A stretch of 64,000 nt of DNA from the human T2T-CHM13v2.0 reference genome, Homo sapiens, in NCBI RefSeq assembly GCF_009914755.1, contig NC_060940.1. One strand, written 5' to 3'. The notes under the pieces are model-generated. The model saw nothing but the letters and a program-made list of their open reading frames with translations. It ran no database searches and was not told the origin of the DNA. Made by a program: the position numbers and the translations under genes. Every line of letters starts with the position of its first letter. Position 1 is the stretch's first letter. Below, one piece after another: positions 1 to 33,356 of this stretch.

Positions 1-1
1 G

Positions 2-253
<252 letters not shown>

Positions 254-684
254 TGAGCAACTGTCTCTGGCCTAATTTTTGTATTTTTAGTAGAGACAGG
301 GTTTCACCATGTTGGCCAGGCTGGTCTTGAACTTCTCGACCTCTGGTGATCCACTTGCCTCGGCCTCCCAAAGTGCTGGCATTATAGGCATGAGTCACCG
401 CACCCGGCCTAACCAGTGCTTAAAATTTGACATTCTCTAGATTAAGGCTGGGACATATGATTTGTAATAGTGGCTTTATTTATTTATTCATTTTTTGAGA
501 CAGGTCTTAACTCTGTTGCCCAGGATGGAGTGCAGTGGTGCAATCCTAGCTCACTGCAGCCTCGACCTCCCAAGGGTCAAGCAATCCTCCCACTTCATCC
601 TCCCGAGTAGCTGGGACTACAGGCGCACACCACCACAACCGGCTAATTTTTGCACTCACAGACTCACTACTCACTTTTTTTTTT

Positions 685-982
<298 letters not shown>

Positions 983-1289
983 TCACTTTTTTTTTTTTTT
1001 TTTTTTGAGACAGAGTCTTGCTCTGTTGCCCAGGTTGGAATGTAGTGGCGGGATCTCGGCTCACTGCAACCTCCGCCTCCTGGGCTCAAGTGATCCTTCT
1101 GCCTCAGCCTCCTGAGTAGCTGGGACTACAGGCACATGCACCCGGCTAATTTTTGTATTTTTAGTAGAGACAGGGTTTCACCATGTTACTCAGGCTGGTC
1201 TCGAACTCCTGACCGCCGGTGATCCACTTGCCTTGGCCTCCCAAAGTGCTGGGATTACAGGTGTGAGCCACTGTGCCCGGCCTGAAATA

Positions 1290-2074
<785 letters not shown>

Positions 2075-2689
2075 TAGCTAGGACTACAGGCACCCACCAC
2101 CATGCTCAGCTAATTTTTGTATTTTTTTTAGTAGAGATGGGGTTTCACCACGTTGGCCAGGCTGGTCTCGATCTCCTGACCTCATGATGCACCCGCCTCA
2201 GCCTCCCAAAGTGCTGGGATTACAGGCATGAGCCACCACGCCCGGCCATGAATTCTTTTTCAAAATATAAAAGGTGAAAAAGAGCTGAGGTGGGAGGATC
2301 TCCTGAGGCCAGGAGTTCAAAACCAGCCTGGGCAACATAGTGAGACCCCCATCTCTACAAAAAAATTTAAAAAGTGAAAAAGAGTGGCCAAGCGGGGTGG
2401 CTCACGCCACCCAGCACTTTGGGAGACCAAGGCGGGCAGATCACCTGAGGCCAGGGGTTTGAGACCAGCCTAGCCATCATGGTGAGACCCCGTCTCTGCT
2501 AAGAAAATGCAAAAATTAGCCAGGCATGGTGGCACATGCCTGTAGTCCCAGCTGCTTGGGAGGCTGAGGCAGGAGAATTGCTGGAGCCGGGAGGCAAAGG
2601 TTGCAGTGAGCCGAGAACAAGCCACTGCACTGCAGCCTGGTTGACAGAGTGGGACTGTCTCAAAAAAAAAAAAAAAAAAGTGGGGGGGA

Positions 2690-3932
<1,243 letters not shown>

Positions 3933-4263
3933 CAGCCAGCAGGTAAGGAATCTGGGTTCCAGTCCTGACTAAACTACAACCTGTAGAGTCCTCTTGAAAA
4001 AGCCCCACACTGTTCTCAGGGTTAGGATGCAGAGCTGATGAGATGGACAGTGCCCTGCCCCTCCAAGCTTACACCAGGCAGAGCCAGCAGCATGGCCAAG
4101 GGCACGGCCGTGAGAAAGTCCTCACCCCAGGCTCTCCCTACTTTCTGGCCTGCCCTCCTCCATGACTGTCTAGTTGCTAAGTCTCTAGGGTTCAAGCTCC
4201 AGAGGGAATGAAAGGAAGACAAGACAGGCTATTTCCTCCAGGCCTCCACAAACTCTATGAGCC

Positions 4264-4327
4264 TTTAGTACTAAACGCTGGAGCTGGTAGTACTAAATGC
4301 TGGAGACTTTAGTACTAAACACTGGAG
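4264..4327. repeat. 3 x 22-bp tandem repeat with palindromic core TTTAGTACTAAA
   Basis: (TT)TAGTACTAAAYRCTGGAG at 4264, 4288 and 4308. Confidence 0.85.
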
Positions 4328-4983
4328 TGGAATCTGCCCAGAGAGCCATTGAGCAGTGGAAGCAGGAAGAAAGGCTGCGCGGGAAGGTCTGTTCTTCCAA
4401 GTCTCCACGGGCTGTATGAAAGGGGAGGCCGGATGGTAATTGTTCTTGCACGTAAGAGCATGGTTTTATTTTATCCTGAAAACACACACTCAGTGCCTTT
4501 CAGCTTTCTGTCTTTGTCTAAAACTTGCTTCTTTTCAAGGTCACAAGATCCTCTTCTTCTTCTTCTTCTTTTTTTTTTTTTAGACAGGGTTTCACTCTGT
4601 CACCAAGGGTGGAGTGTGGTGGCATGACTATAGCTCACTGTAGCCTCAACCTCCTGGGCTCAGGTGATCCTCCCACCTCAGCTTCCTGAGTAGTTGGGAC
4701 CACAGGTGCAGGCCAAAACAGCTGGCTTTTTTTTCTTTTCCCCCCTCTTTGTAGTGACTGAGTCTCCTTATGTTGCCTAGGCTGGTCTGGAACTCCTGGG
4801 CTGAAGCAATCCTCCCTCCTTTGCCTCCCAAAGTGCTGGGATTACAGGCGTGAGCTCTTTTTTAAATGAAGTTGGTGTCTGTTCTGGGGCAGCACCGTTC
4901 ATGATTGATTTTCATCCTGTTGTAGGAATTAGGTGATTTAGCACAGCTCTGAACTAACTAGATGTCCAAGTTTGATGCTTTAG

Positions 4984-5368
<385 letters not shown>

Positions 5369-5709
5369 TGATCCACCCACCTTCGCTTCTCAAAGTGCTG
5401 GGATTACAGGCGTGAGCCACCACACCCGGCCCTGTTTTTTTTTTGTTTTTTTTTTTTTGAGACAGTTTCGCTCTTGTCACCCAGGCTGGAGTCCAGTGGC
5501 ACAATGTCGGCTCACTGAAACCTCCGCCTTCTGGTTTCAAGTGATTCTCGTGCCTCAGCCTCCCGAGCAGCTGGGATTACAGGCGCCTGCCACCACACCC
5601 CGCTAATTTTTTTATTTTTAGTAGAGACAGGGTTTCACCACGTTGGCCAGGCTGGTCTCAGACTCCTGAACTCAAGTGATCCACCTTCCTCGGCCTCCCA
5701 AAGTGCTAG

Positions 5710-5946
<237 letters not shown>

Positions 5947-5968
5947 TAGGCTTGTCTCAAACTCCTGA

Positions 5969-6284
<316 letters not shown>

Positions 6285-6869
6285 TAATCCACCTGCCTCG
6301 GCCTCCCAAAGTGCTGGGATTACAGGCGTGAGCCACCACGCCTGGCCTAACCCGTTTCTTAATCCATAAAATGGGAATAATATTAACATTCCCTTCACAG
6401 AATTGCCCTGAGGTTATAGAGATAAGGTGTGTAAGGAACCTAGCACACAGAAGGCTCTCAGTAAATAGCAGTTATTACTATCATTTTTATCATGTTTCTT
6501 ATTCTCATGTCTCAAACGTGACCCTCCACCAAAAGTTCTTTTATAGCAGAGTATAAATAATGGAAAAAAATGATATATAGCTTTTTTGTTTCCCCTCCAG
6601 ACAGTGTCTCACTGTCACCCAGGCTGCAATGCAGTGGCGTGATCATAGCTCACTGCAGCCTCAAGCCTCTGGGCTCACGCTATCCTCCCGCCTTGGCCTC
6701 CCAGTGCTGGGATCACAGGCGCGCGCCACCACGCGGGGTCCAGCCTCTCTTCTGAGTGCTGCACATGCATTAATTCATGGAATCCTTACAGCAACCCCTT
6801 GCAAGGAAGAAAGCTGTGACTCAGAGAGGTTGAATAACTTGTCCGAGGAGCTCAGCCATGAGGCGGATC

Positions 6870-7700
6870 GGGGATGGAAACCCAGGCCGTGGGCCCTGCG
6901 CGGTTACAGGCATTCAATCCTCCAAATGTCCCCAGAGTGACTAGCGGCCATCATTCGGCCCTTCTCAGGAGGAAAGCGAGCGAACACCTCACGCGGCGAC
7001 GGCCTCCCGGAGCTGAAGGGGTTATTCCCACTGAGACGCGGTCGCCTCCGCTCCTAGAGAGGCCCACGGAGGGCGCCGCACTTCCGGCCTGGGTCCAGCT
7101 TTGGCTCCGGCTCCCGCTCCTGACCTGCTGCTTCCCGGGCTGGCGTCCGGGCCGGCGTCCGGGCCCAGGCGACCGGGGCCTCCGAGCTCAGAGGCAGTGC
7201 CGAGGACCGAAGGAGGGGAAGGGATTCCCCAAAGGCATCCCTGACTCCCGAATTCCAGCAAGGGAGAATCAGGCGCTGGGGAGGCAAGGAGAGGGCCGCG
7301 GCTCTCCTCGGGGGCCGCGGGGCGCGACTCTTCCAGGACCTCGGCTGCTTTTCCCAGTAAAGCCCAGGCGGCCCGAGGCTGGCCGAGGGAGCGACCCTCT
7401 CCTGCCTCTTCTGGAAGGGCCGCTTCCCCGCCCTGCTGTAGACCCCGAGCTCCCTGGGGGAAGGACCCGCTCCTTCCATCCTCCACCCTCCCGAGCACCA
7501 GCCTGGGAAGGAGGGGATCCCAGTTCCTCCTTAGAGGCGACTCCTTTATCAAGTCTGATTTAGACATGGGCTCGTCCAAGGTCGTTCAGCAGCGAGTAGC
7601 GGAGCTGGGGCTGCACCGAGGAGCTCAGGCCCCACTCCGTGTTGCGGTCAAGACCAGATTTTGGGGTCAGCTTCTCAAACTCAGCACTACCAGCACCAAA
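6870..7700. promoter_or_regulatory. CpG island 1 (candidate promoter/enhancer)
   Basis: GC- and CpG-rich non-repetitive stretch; ETS site CACTTCCGG at 7079-7087. Confidence 0.75.
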
Positions 7701-8054
7701 CTAAACTACCTGGCCCCTCCTCCCGAGAGAGGGTTCATTCTCAATCAAATCGGAACCTCAGTTTTTCTCTCCTGCTTTCCGTCCGCTTCCCTCGTCCTCC
7801 CTTGACCATACTTTTATGCTTCATCTTTTCCATCCAACCCGTCTTTCCAGCCCTCCCTCAGCCGTACTGCCGCAAACCTGTGTCGTTGCAACAACCTGCA
7901 ACCTTGCCTGCCTCTCCCTTTTATTTCACGTGAAACTCCACTACAAGGAGTCCCCAAATCCTTGCCTCAGGCCACCCCTCGTTCCAAAAATACCTTTTAG
8001 TGATTTACTCACTGCCTGTGAGTTCAAGTCAAAACTCAGCTTGGCATTCAAGAC

Positions 8055-8119
8055 GATTTGAAACCTGGCTCAAGCCCACCTCTCAAGAGGATTTGAAACC
8101 TGGCTCAAGCCTACCTCTC
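8055..8119. repeat. 35-bp-period tandem duplication
   Basis: GATTTGAAACCTGGCTCAAGCCYACCTCTC at 8055 and 8090. Confidence 0.85.
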
Positions 8120-8245
8120 TAACCTGATCTATCTTGGTTCCCTAAGTAGAGGTCACAGATTGGCAGATGCAACTGGGAAATGTGTTTCAACTGGCAAAGA
8201 GTGTTTCTTTTCTTTTTCTTTTTCTTTTTTTTATTGGAGCCAATG

Positions 8246-15424
<7,179 letters not shown>

Positions 15425-15689
15425 CCACATGTTATCAAGTCTGTTTCATGGCTAAGAACTGGAAGGGACCTTTGAGGACATCTAACCCTCATAGGACTTA
15501 ACAATAGGATGAGGAAACAAGCTCAGAAATAGGCTATAACTTGCCCAAGGCCACTCAGAGAGGGAATGCCAGAGCCAGGGCCAGCTCTCAACTTCAGGCC
15601 AGAGAAGCCCAGGGTCTTCCATGAGAAATAGGGCCTGTCAGACTGGACAGGCTCCTTGGAGGTGGTCCAGTGAGTCCAATCCCTTTTTT

Positions 15690-16200
15690 TGCTGCGGCTT
15701 AGACGAGGGGCCGCTGAGGATTCTCCGAATTCGCTGGATCTGGACCCAGACTTCCGGGTCCACAGTGCAGCCTGAATGATCAACAGGGGAACGTGCGTTC
15801 GCCAGGGTCCCCGGGGGCAGAGGCACCTCTCCCTGGGCGGGGCCGGGGAGATTACGCAACACGGGTCTTAGTTGTCTGGGCCGCTGGGGTCGCCTCCACG
15901 GGCAGGAGCCACGGCCAGGACGTGCAGGCCGCCCCCTGCTGGTCCGTTTCGGAACCGGGCGGGTGGCCGCGGCGCTGCCCGGGTTGGGGGCATGGCTTTA
16001 CAACGGTGAGCCAATCCCAGGCCGCACCGTGGATGGGGCGGGCGTTCACTTCTCCTCCCAGTCCTTTGGTTCTCTCCGCGGCGGAAGCTGTGCGGCGACC
16101 TAGCAACCGTCCTTGCCGACCCTCCCGCCGGTGACGTGGCTGCGACCCACCCTTCTTGCCATAGCCCTTTGGAAAGCGAAGGTCCCTTCAGGGCCAAAAG
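15690..16200. promoter_or_regulatory. CpG island 2: motif-rich promoter with CTCF site
   Basis: CTCF core CCAGCAGGGGGCGG on minus (15929-15942); PAR/CEBP ATTACGCAAC 15851; CCAAT 16011; GC box ~16035; RFX half-site CTAGCAAC 16100; TGACGTGG 16132. Confidence 0.75.
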
Positions 16201-16212
16201 GACAGGGAGGTT

Positions 16213-16282
16213 TTTTCCTTCCTTCCTTCCCTCCCTCCTTCCCTCCTTCCCTTTCTTTCTTTCCTTTCTTTTTCTTTCTTTT

Positions 16283-16283
<1 letters not shown>
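16213..16283. repeat. Polypyrimidine (CCTT/CCCT/CTTT)n tract
   Basis: Direct reading; it is the tail of the adjacent antisense Alu. Confidence 0.85.
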
Positions 16284-21290
<5,007 letters not shown>

Positions 21291-21291
21291 G

Positions 21292-21534
<243 letters not shown>

Positions 21535-21713
21535 TGATCTGCCCGCCTTGGCCTCCCAAAGTGCAGGGATTACAGGTGTGAGCCATTGTACCCGGCCTAG
21601 TTTTTAAAAAATATATATCCTTTCCATCAGATAAAGAAATTCTATTTATTGTTTTTAATTTGTTAATATATTTTTAATTTCTTTTTATTTTTTATTTTTA
21701 TTTTTGTAGATAG

Positions 21714-24755
<3,042 letters not shown>

Positions 24756-24759
24756 TCTT

Positions 24760-25370
24760 ATGTTAAATAAACAACAAAGAACTGTGAAATAAAATATATA
24801 ACAATACAAGGAAAAACATGAGAAACAGTTTTATTGGAAATATTCTAACACATTTTCTGAACAAATAATCAAAAAATAAATAAGGACATAGAAAATATGA
24901 ACATATAAATTTCTTACCCTGAAAACAAACAGTACACCTTCTTTTCAAGTTTCATGGACAGTGGACAAAATTAAATAATTATTAAGCTACAAAGAATATT
25001 TTGGTAAATTTTGAAAAGTAGAAATTCTAGAAACCATTCTCAGATCAAAATGCAATACAACTAACAATAATGTAAAACATACCACTTAGAAATTTTGAAA
25101 CGTAAGTAGCACCTCAAATTATCCTTAGGACAAGATGTAAATCAAGAGTTAAAAAAATTAAAAAACAGACGATTTAGAAAATAATTTAAAAAGTAGGATT
25201 AACAGCCAAAGCTATATGCAGAGGTAAAAACAGCATTAAATGCTTTTAGTGTCAAAAATAGAAAAAAAATGAAACGAATTAAGCATGCTTGCAAGTTGGG
25301 ATTTTGGAAAGTAGTATAAAAACAGTTCCTCCAAAAATGGGAGAAATGGAATATTTGAAATAGAAAACAG
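24760..25370 (+). mobile_element. Highly degenerate L1 ORF2 fragment
   Basis: A-rich; CCATTCTCAGATCAAAATGCAATA and AGCATTAAATGCTT resemble L1 endonuclease-distal sequence. Confidence 0.55.
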
Positions 25371-25992
25371 AAAAAGCAAACACTCAGAGGCCTGAGAGGT
25401 GGTGGGATGAGTTTTCTGCCTGTGGACAGAGACACGCTTGGAGGCATCCCCGCGGGCTTGGTCCCCTGGCGTGTGTCATCAGGCCTGTCCCCTCTCACTC
25501 CTCGAGCCCCGCCTGGTGTCCTCTCCTGTTCCCAGGGCTGAAGCTCCTGTGTCTGTGTCATCACCACATCTTGAACATCCTGTGCCTTGATTGTGGCACT
25601 CTACAGGTTTCTCTACAACTAATTCTTTTCACTTATGACTCACTTACTAGTAGACTTGACAGGACAGGAACCATGTCCTGATACTCATTGGATCCACAGG
25701 GCCCGGTAGGCATTGAGTTCTTAATAGACATTATGAGTGGAAGAAAATGAGCAGATGGACTCAAGCACTGATTCCTGAGTTGCATCTGGCCCCATTGCCC
25801 AGCCACAGGCTGGAAGCCCATGTCCTGAGGCCTGGAATGAATTAGTCCAACAATAAGAGGACTAACTATGCAGGATCCACCTAATAGATTGTTATGCAAC
25901 CTATAATGGCTGTGTTGACAATGTCAATAAAATATGAGGAAGTGGGGCTTTGATTGTTTTTCTTTTTCCTTTTTTTTTTTTTTTTTTTTTGA

Positions 25993-26463
<471 letters not shown>

Positions 26464-26993
26464 TAGACCATGTTGGCCAGACTAGTCTGATTTTTTTTCT
26501 TATATTTCCTCTTTTTACTGAATAATCAAAGATTTCTTGTGTGAAATGGAAAATAGTCTTCTCCTCAAGTCCCAGTTCAAACGCCATCTTCTCTGAGGAC
26601 CGACCCTGATTTCTCCAACCAGAAACACTCTGGCCTTTCCTGGGCTCCCAGAGCACCTGCCCCTCCCTCTGGTCTCTTACAATTTCTGCCTTTGGTTATC
26701 TGTGTCCTGCCAAGGGGCTGTCAGCACCCCATAGGCAGGACTGCATACTTCCTGGATGCCTGCACCCCAGGATGTTCATTCCGACTTGAACCCACCCTCT
26801 ATGGGCTGTGCGGGGTGGGAGGGGACAATATACAGGTTTGAATGAGCACTGGCCGGAATGACAGAGACCACAGTGAACTCAAAGCATGCCAGGGCAGAGG
26901 ATTATGGTGCCCAAACAGACTCCAGCAAGCCTTGGGGACCAACCTGTGCACACTCACACCTGCTGTGTTATACCTGGCTGGGAAAAGGTCCCG

Positions 26994-27144
26994 GGAGCAG
27001 GTTGTATAGCTCTAGCTACAATGAGGCAGGGAGACATGGGTTTGCTGTCACATCACCAGGGGCTGGTAAAGGAGCAGGTTGTATAGCTCTAGCCACAATG
27101 AGGCAGGGAGACATGGGTTTGCTATCACATCACCGGGGGCTGGT
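26994..27144. repeat. 77-bp tandem duplication
   Basis: GGAGCAGGTTGTATAGCTCTAG...GGGGCTGGT at 26994 and 27071, about 3 mismatches. Confidence 0.9.
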
Positions 27145-27836
27145 GAGTGCAGTTGAGACAGGTGTTTTAATCATCGTTTTTGCACCCAGATGAACAAGGA
27201 GAGGGCATTCAGGCATGGCGACCCGCCTGAGCCACCTCCAGGGGCAAGAGATGAGCAGATTTACTTTAGAAAGGACAACAGCATCAGCCACTGCCACAGC
27301 CCCCCCCAGATCATCTGTACTGGCTGTCAGAACAGTCCTGCTGAAACGCCAATCACACCTGTCATTCACTGCTCTGCCCAGGACTCTTCAGTGGGCTCCC
27401 CAGCGCTAAGCATTTGGCCTGACACTCCAGGCGCCATGTGCCCTGGTCCCCACCTACCTCTCCACTGCAAATTCTGGCCATACACCCCTGCACCCCCAAA
27501 CAGTGCACTCCCATCTCAGTCCACATTCTCCCCTTACAACATGATTCATCCAAGACCATGGATTCGTGGCCTTAAGTTTACTTCTGGTCTGGACTTCTGT
27601 GTCAGCTCCAGAGTATAGTTGTCTCACTGACCCCTTCACTTGGGTGCCAGAGAACACTGGATATTCCAGACCCCTCAAACTCAACGAATCTAACACCTCC
27701 CCCCACCACCACCCAACCCCTTACTCTGCTTGTCTTCCCTGTATTAAGTCAACATCACCATTCCCCTGGATGCTCTGGTGGCTCTCAACTCTGCCCTTTC
27801 TGACTGTGCGTTCAATCCACCACTAAATCCTGCTGA

Positions 27837-27950
<114 letters not shown>

Positions 27951-28015
27951 TGATCCTCCCACCTCAGCCTTCCGAATAGCTAGGACTATAGGTGCACAGC
28001 ACCATGCCTGGCTAA

Positions 28016-28288
<273 letters not shown>

Positions 28289-28329
28289 TGAGCCACCGCG
28301 CCCAGCCAATTCTTACTTTTTTTTTTTAA

Positions 28330-28497
<168 letters not shown>

Positions 28498-28629
28498 TAA
28501 TCTAAGCCACATCTCCCACCTGGACTACACGAGGGTCTCCCTGCTTCCTCATGTGTGCCCCTATAAGTGCATTCTCATACAGTAGTCACGGTGATCTTAT
28601 CCGTAAACTGAATCATGCCACTACACTGA

Positions 28630-29985
28630 AGCTGGGATGAAATCCAGGCTTGTAGTTTTAAGGAGCTTCCAGCGGCCAAATCTGGGACAATCTGAGCACC
28701 AAAATAATTAAGATTAATAACTAATTATAAAATTTATTGGAAAATAATAGAAATCCAAGAGTCCCTATGAATAGTGAATCTAAAATAAGTGGACAGAAGA
28801 ATGCCAAGTGTTGACTAATAAATGTGGAGGGAGTCCTGGGGTTGAGTTACTATTCTGTAACCATCGTGATTCTTAGGCAAGAATCATCAATAGGTGTTAA
28901 ATCTCATCTATTTAACTTTTGATGTGGAATAGGATATAGTCATGGTTATAAAATACCTCCTCATAGATTACTTGTTACAAGGGAAAAATAGTAACTCTAG
29001 ATTGGAGAAATCAAATAACCTTGACTTGGTGATCAAAATTAAAATCACCAAGGAGGGGCTGGGTGTGGTGGCTCACGCCTGTAATCCCAGCACTTTGGGA
29101 GGCCGAGGCAGGCGGATCACCTGAGGGCAGGAGTTCAAGACTAGCCTGGCCAACATGGCGAAACCCAGTCTCTACTAAAAAATACAAAAATTAGCTGGGC
29201 ATGGTGGTGGGTACCTGTAATCCCAGCTACTAGGGAGGCTGAAGCAGGGAGAATTGCTTGAACCCAGGAGGCGGAGGTTGCAGTGAGCTGAGATCACACC
29301 ACTGCACTGCACTCCAGCCTGGGCAACAGAGCAAGACTCTGTTTTAAAAAAAATCACCACGGAGGAACAGACAGACATGTGTGGCTTTAGCTGTTACACT
29401 GAGAAGGACACAGTATCATTTACACAGTCTTCCAGCCAGGAATGCATAATCCATATATTATAATGAAGAAACAAGTAGACAAACCCCAAATGAAGAATGT
29501 TCTATTAAGATAAAGGGGAAGATTGAATTCTTCAATAATATCAACACCATGCAGACAAAGAAAGGCTAACCATTCCCGATTAAGGGATACTAGAGAGAAA
29601 CAACAACCGAATGCAATACAGCATTCTTAGACTTGATCCTGTGCTAGAGGAGAAATGGCATCTAAAGGGTGTTACTGAGACAAGTGACAAAGTAACTTTG
29701 ATACCACATTGGATCAGTGTGAAATTTAATGCAGTGGATAACTGTACTGTGGGAGGAAACACACTATTTAGGGGTAGAGGAACATGAGGTCTGCAACTTA
29801 TTCTCAACTAGATTGGAATCAAAGTCATCTGTATATACCTTAAATAGAGAGATGGCCAGTGACAGAGAAATGGGGTAAAATGTGAACACCAGGTGAATCT
29901 GGGACAAAGGCTATGCAGATGTCCATTGTACTATTCTTGAGACTTTTCTGTAACTTTGAAATTATTTCCAAATAAAAAGTTAAAC
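28630..29985 (+). mobile_element. Old L1M 3' end interrupted by an Alu (29057-29352)
   Basis: L1MC/ME-type 3'UTR motifs (GGTGAATCTGGG...TTGTACTATTCTTG...TTTCTGTAACTTTGAAATTATTTCCAAATAAAAAGT). Confidence 0.7.
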
Positions 29986-30137
29986 CAGGAAGGGCATGGT
30001 GGCTCATGCCTGTAATCCCTTTGGGGATTTGTAAGCACTTTGGGAAGCAGAGGAGGGTGGATCACTTGAGGTCAAGAGTTCGAGACCAGTCTGGCCAATA
30101 TGGTGACACTCTCTCTCTACTAAAAATACAAAAATTA

Positions 30138-30830
<693 letters not shown>

Positions 30831-31415
30831 ACTCTCCAAATTCACCCCCAGACTGTTGGTAGCGCTCAGAGAACACACTCTGTGGTCTATCTCTAGCCCT
30901 GAGAACTCATTCAAGAGGCTTCGTCTTTGAAGCCTTTCTAAATTCCCCACCACTATGCCACAATTTGGAACTAAGAGGCCATGGCAGGGAGGAGGTGGCA
31001 CTTTGGAAGCAAGCCGTGTTAGGGGAGACATCACGAATGAGACCCAGAGAGGGGATGTCAAGGAGGCAGCTGGCTGCTCAGGCTGGCGCTCAGAGGGGCA
31101 GTCTGGGTTAGACTACTGAGAAAGGACCAACAGCTGGAGCTGCGCACATAAAGGAGATCTTTCACAGACCCGTGCAGAAGAAAGAGTCTAAGGACAGGGC
31201 CCAAACGAGGCTGACTTAGGGCTAAGCAAGAAAAACAGCCCTGGAAGCAGAGAAGCAGTGTCCAGAGAAGTAGCAATGATATTCAGAGACAGAAAAAGTT
31301 GTTACCAAAGGCAAGAAAGGAGGACATTTAGGCACTGAAACCATTTGGATTTTCTTCTTCCTTGTTCAAGATCAGCAGTCTGGCCCCTGGTGGTTGAGGC
31401 AGGCTGGTGAGGTTA

Positions 31416-31691
<276 letters not shown>

Positions 31692-32140
31692 TCAAGCCCT
31701 CATCTGTACATTGTTGAGGGGCTACTGTCAGAATGACATGCGATCCTCTCTGGAAGGCCCTTTGAGCCATGTTTGGTCTACGGTCTAGGCAATGAATGAC
31801 ATCGTGGTGCATGCACAGTGCGAGAGGGTGCACTGGTTGCCGCTCACAGGAATGTGTCCTAAGTTCAGCCTTTCACCAATAGCAGTTTCAGACAAAAGTC
31901 AGAGCCCTCCAACCACCTTCTATTACATGTCCCCTTCCTCTGATGCGGCCCCTAATTAAAAACAAAAACAAAAACATATAGTGGGCAGGTTCCATTTAAC
32001 ATGATCCTTCCTCTAAAGCCTCTTTCTGAAAAATCAGTTTTCTCCCTGTCCCCAAGGGTGCCCCAAGTCATACCATGCCAGAGTTTGCCCTCATGACTAC
32101 AATTAACCCTTAGCTGAGAGCATTTTGCACTGTTTTCCAG

Positions 32141-32189
32141 CTACCCATGGTGACACTCGCCTCAACACAGCTACCTTCTGTGGACATAG
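32141..32189 (+). other. Candidate 49-nt plus-strand exon
   Basis: Acceptor cattttgcactgttttccag| and consensus donor TAG|GTAAGT at 32190. Confidence 0.35.
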
Positions 32190-32289
32190 GTAAGTATTCT
32201 CAGGCCCCTTATTTGGGGATACCATTAACGTCTGCCCATAGCTTCCAACCATCCCATCTCTGAAGGCAAGAGAAGTGTGTGGCTACCAT

Positions 32290-32790
32290 TTCACAGTTTA
32301 GAAAGCACTTCCCCAACACAGCCTCCCTTTCATCCTCACGACTGCCCGGTGAGGTAGATACAGCAGGTAACAGCTACAGTGGTTTGCATTTATCAAGCAC
32401 TTACAATGTACCATGTTCTATGTTAAGCATTTTCATATGTGATCCCATTTAAACTCATGAAAACTCTATGAAGATGATGTCTGCCACAATCATCAATCAG
32501 TGCCACCACTTTACAGAAGAGAAAAATGGAGTGGTTCGTAACTTGCCTCAAATCAAAGAGGTGGTAAGTAATGGAGCCAGGATTCAAACCTCAGACTGAC
32601 TACAGAGCCACACTCTTAACCCTCCTACAATATTGCCTCAAAAAGCAAGCATTGACTCCCCACACATTATTCTATCCATTAAATTGAAGCTCAGAGAGGT
32701 AAAGTGACTTGCCCAAGACCTCGCCACCAGGAACTGGCAGAGCTAGGATCCATACTTGGATTCTCTGGCTCTGAGGCCCCTGAAACCAAA
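32290..32790. mobile_element. MIR elements
   Basis: MIR cores: TTACAGAAGAGAAAAATGGAG...AACTTGCC...GGAGCCAGGATTCAAACC and GCTCAGAGAGGTAAAGTGACTTGCCCAAG. Confidence 0.75.
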
Positions 32791-33197
32791 AAGGCAAGAT
32801 TCAATGTTCTAGGTAAAATTCCAGCAGCAGACTTGACTTGCCGATGCTGCTCAGTCCAGAGTAGTGTTTCTTTTTCTTTCTTTTTCCTTTTCTTTTGAGA
32901 CAAATCTCCCTCTGTCACACAGGCTGAAGTGCAGTGGTGGGATGTCAGTTTGCTGCAACCTCTGCCTCCTGGGTTCAAGCAATTCTCCTGCCTCAGCCTC
33001 CTGAGTAGGTAGGATTTCAGGCACGCACCACCATGCCTGGCTAATTTTTGTATTTTTAGGAAAGACGGGTTTCACCATGTTGTTCAGGATGGTCTCGAAC
33101 TCCTGACCTCGTGATCCGCCCGCCTCGGCCTCCCAAAGTGCTGGGATTACAGGCATGAGCCACCGCGCCCGGCCTTTCTTTTTCTTTTTTGAGATAG

Positions 33198-33356
<159 letters not shown>

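Noticed and set aside
4264-4327. CRISPR-like palindromic repeats
   Set aside because: Eukaryotic context, no unique spacers, no cas genes
6874-7563. 229-aa plus-strand ORF and overlapping minus-strand ORFs
   Set aside because: Stop-poor GC-rich island; Pro/Arg/Gly low complexity with no recognisable domain
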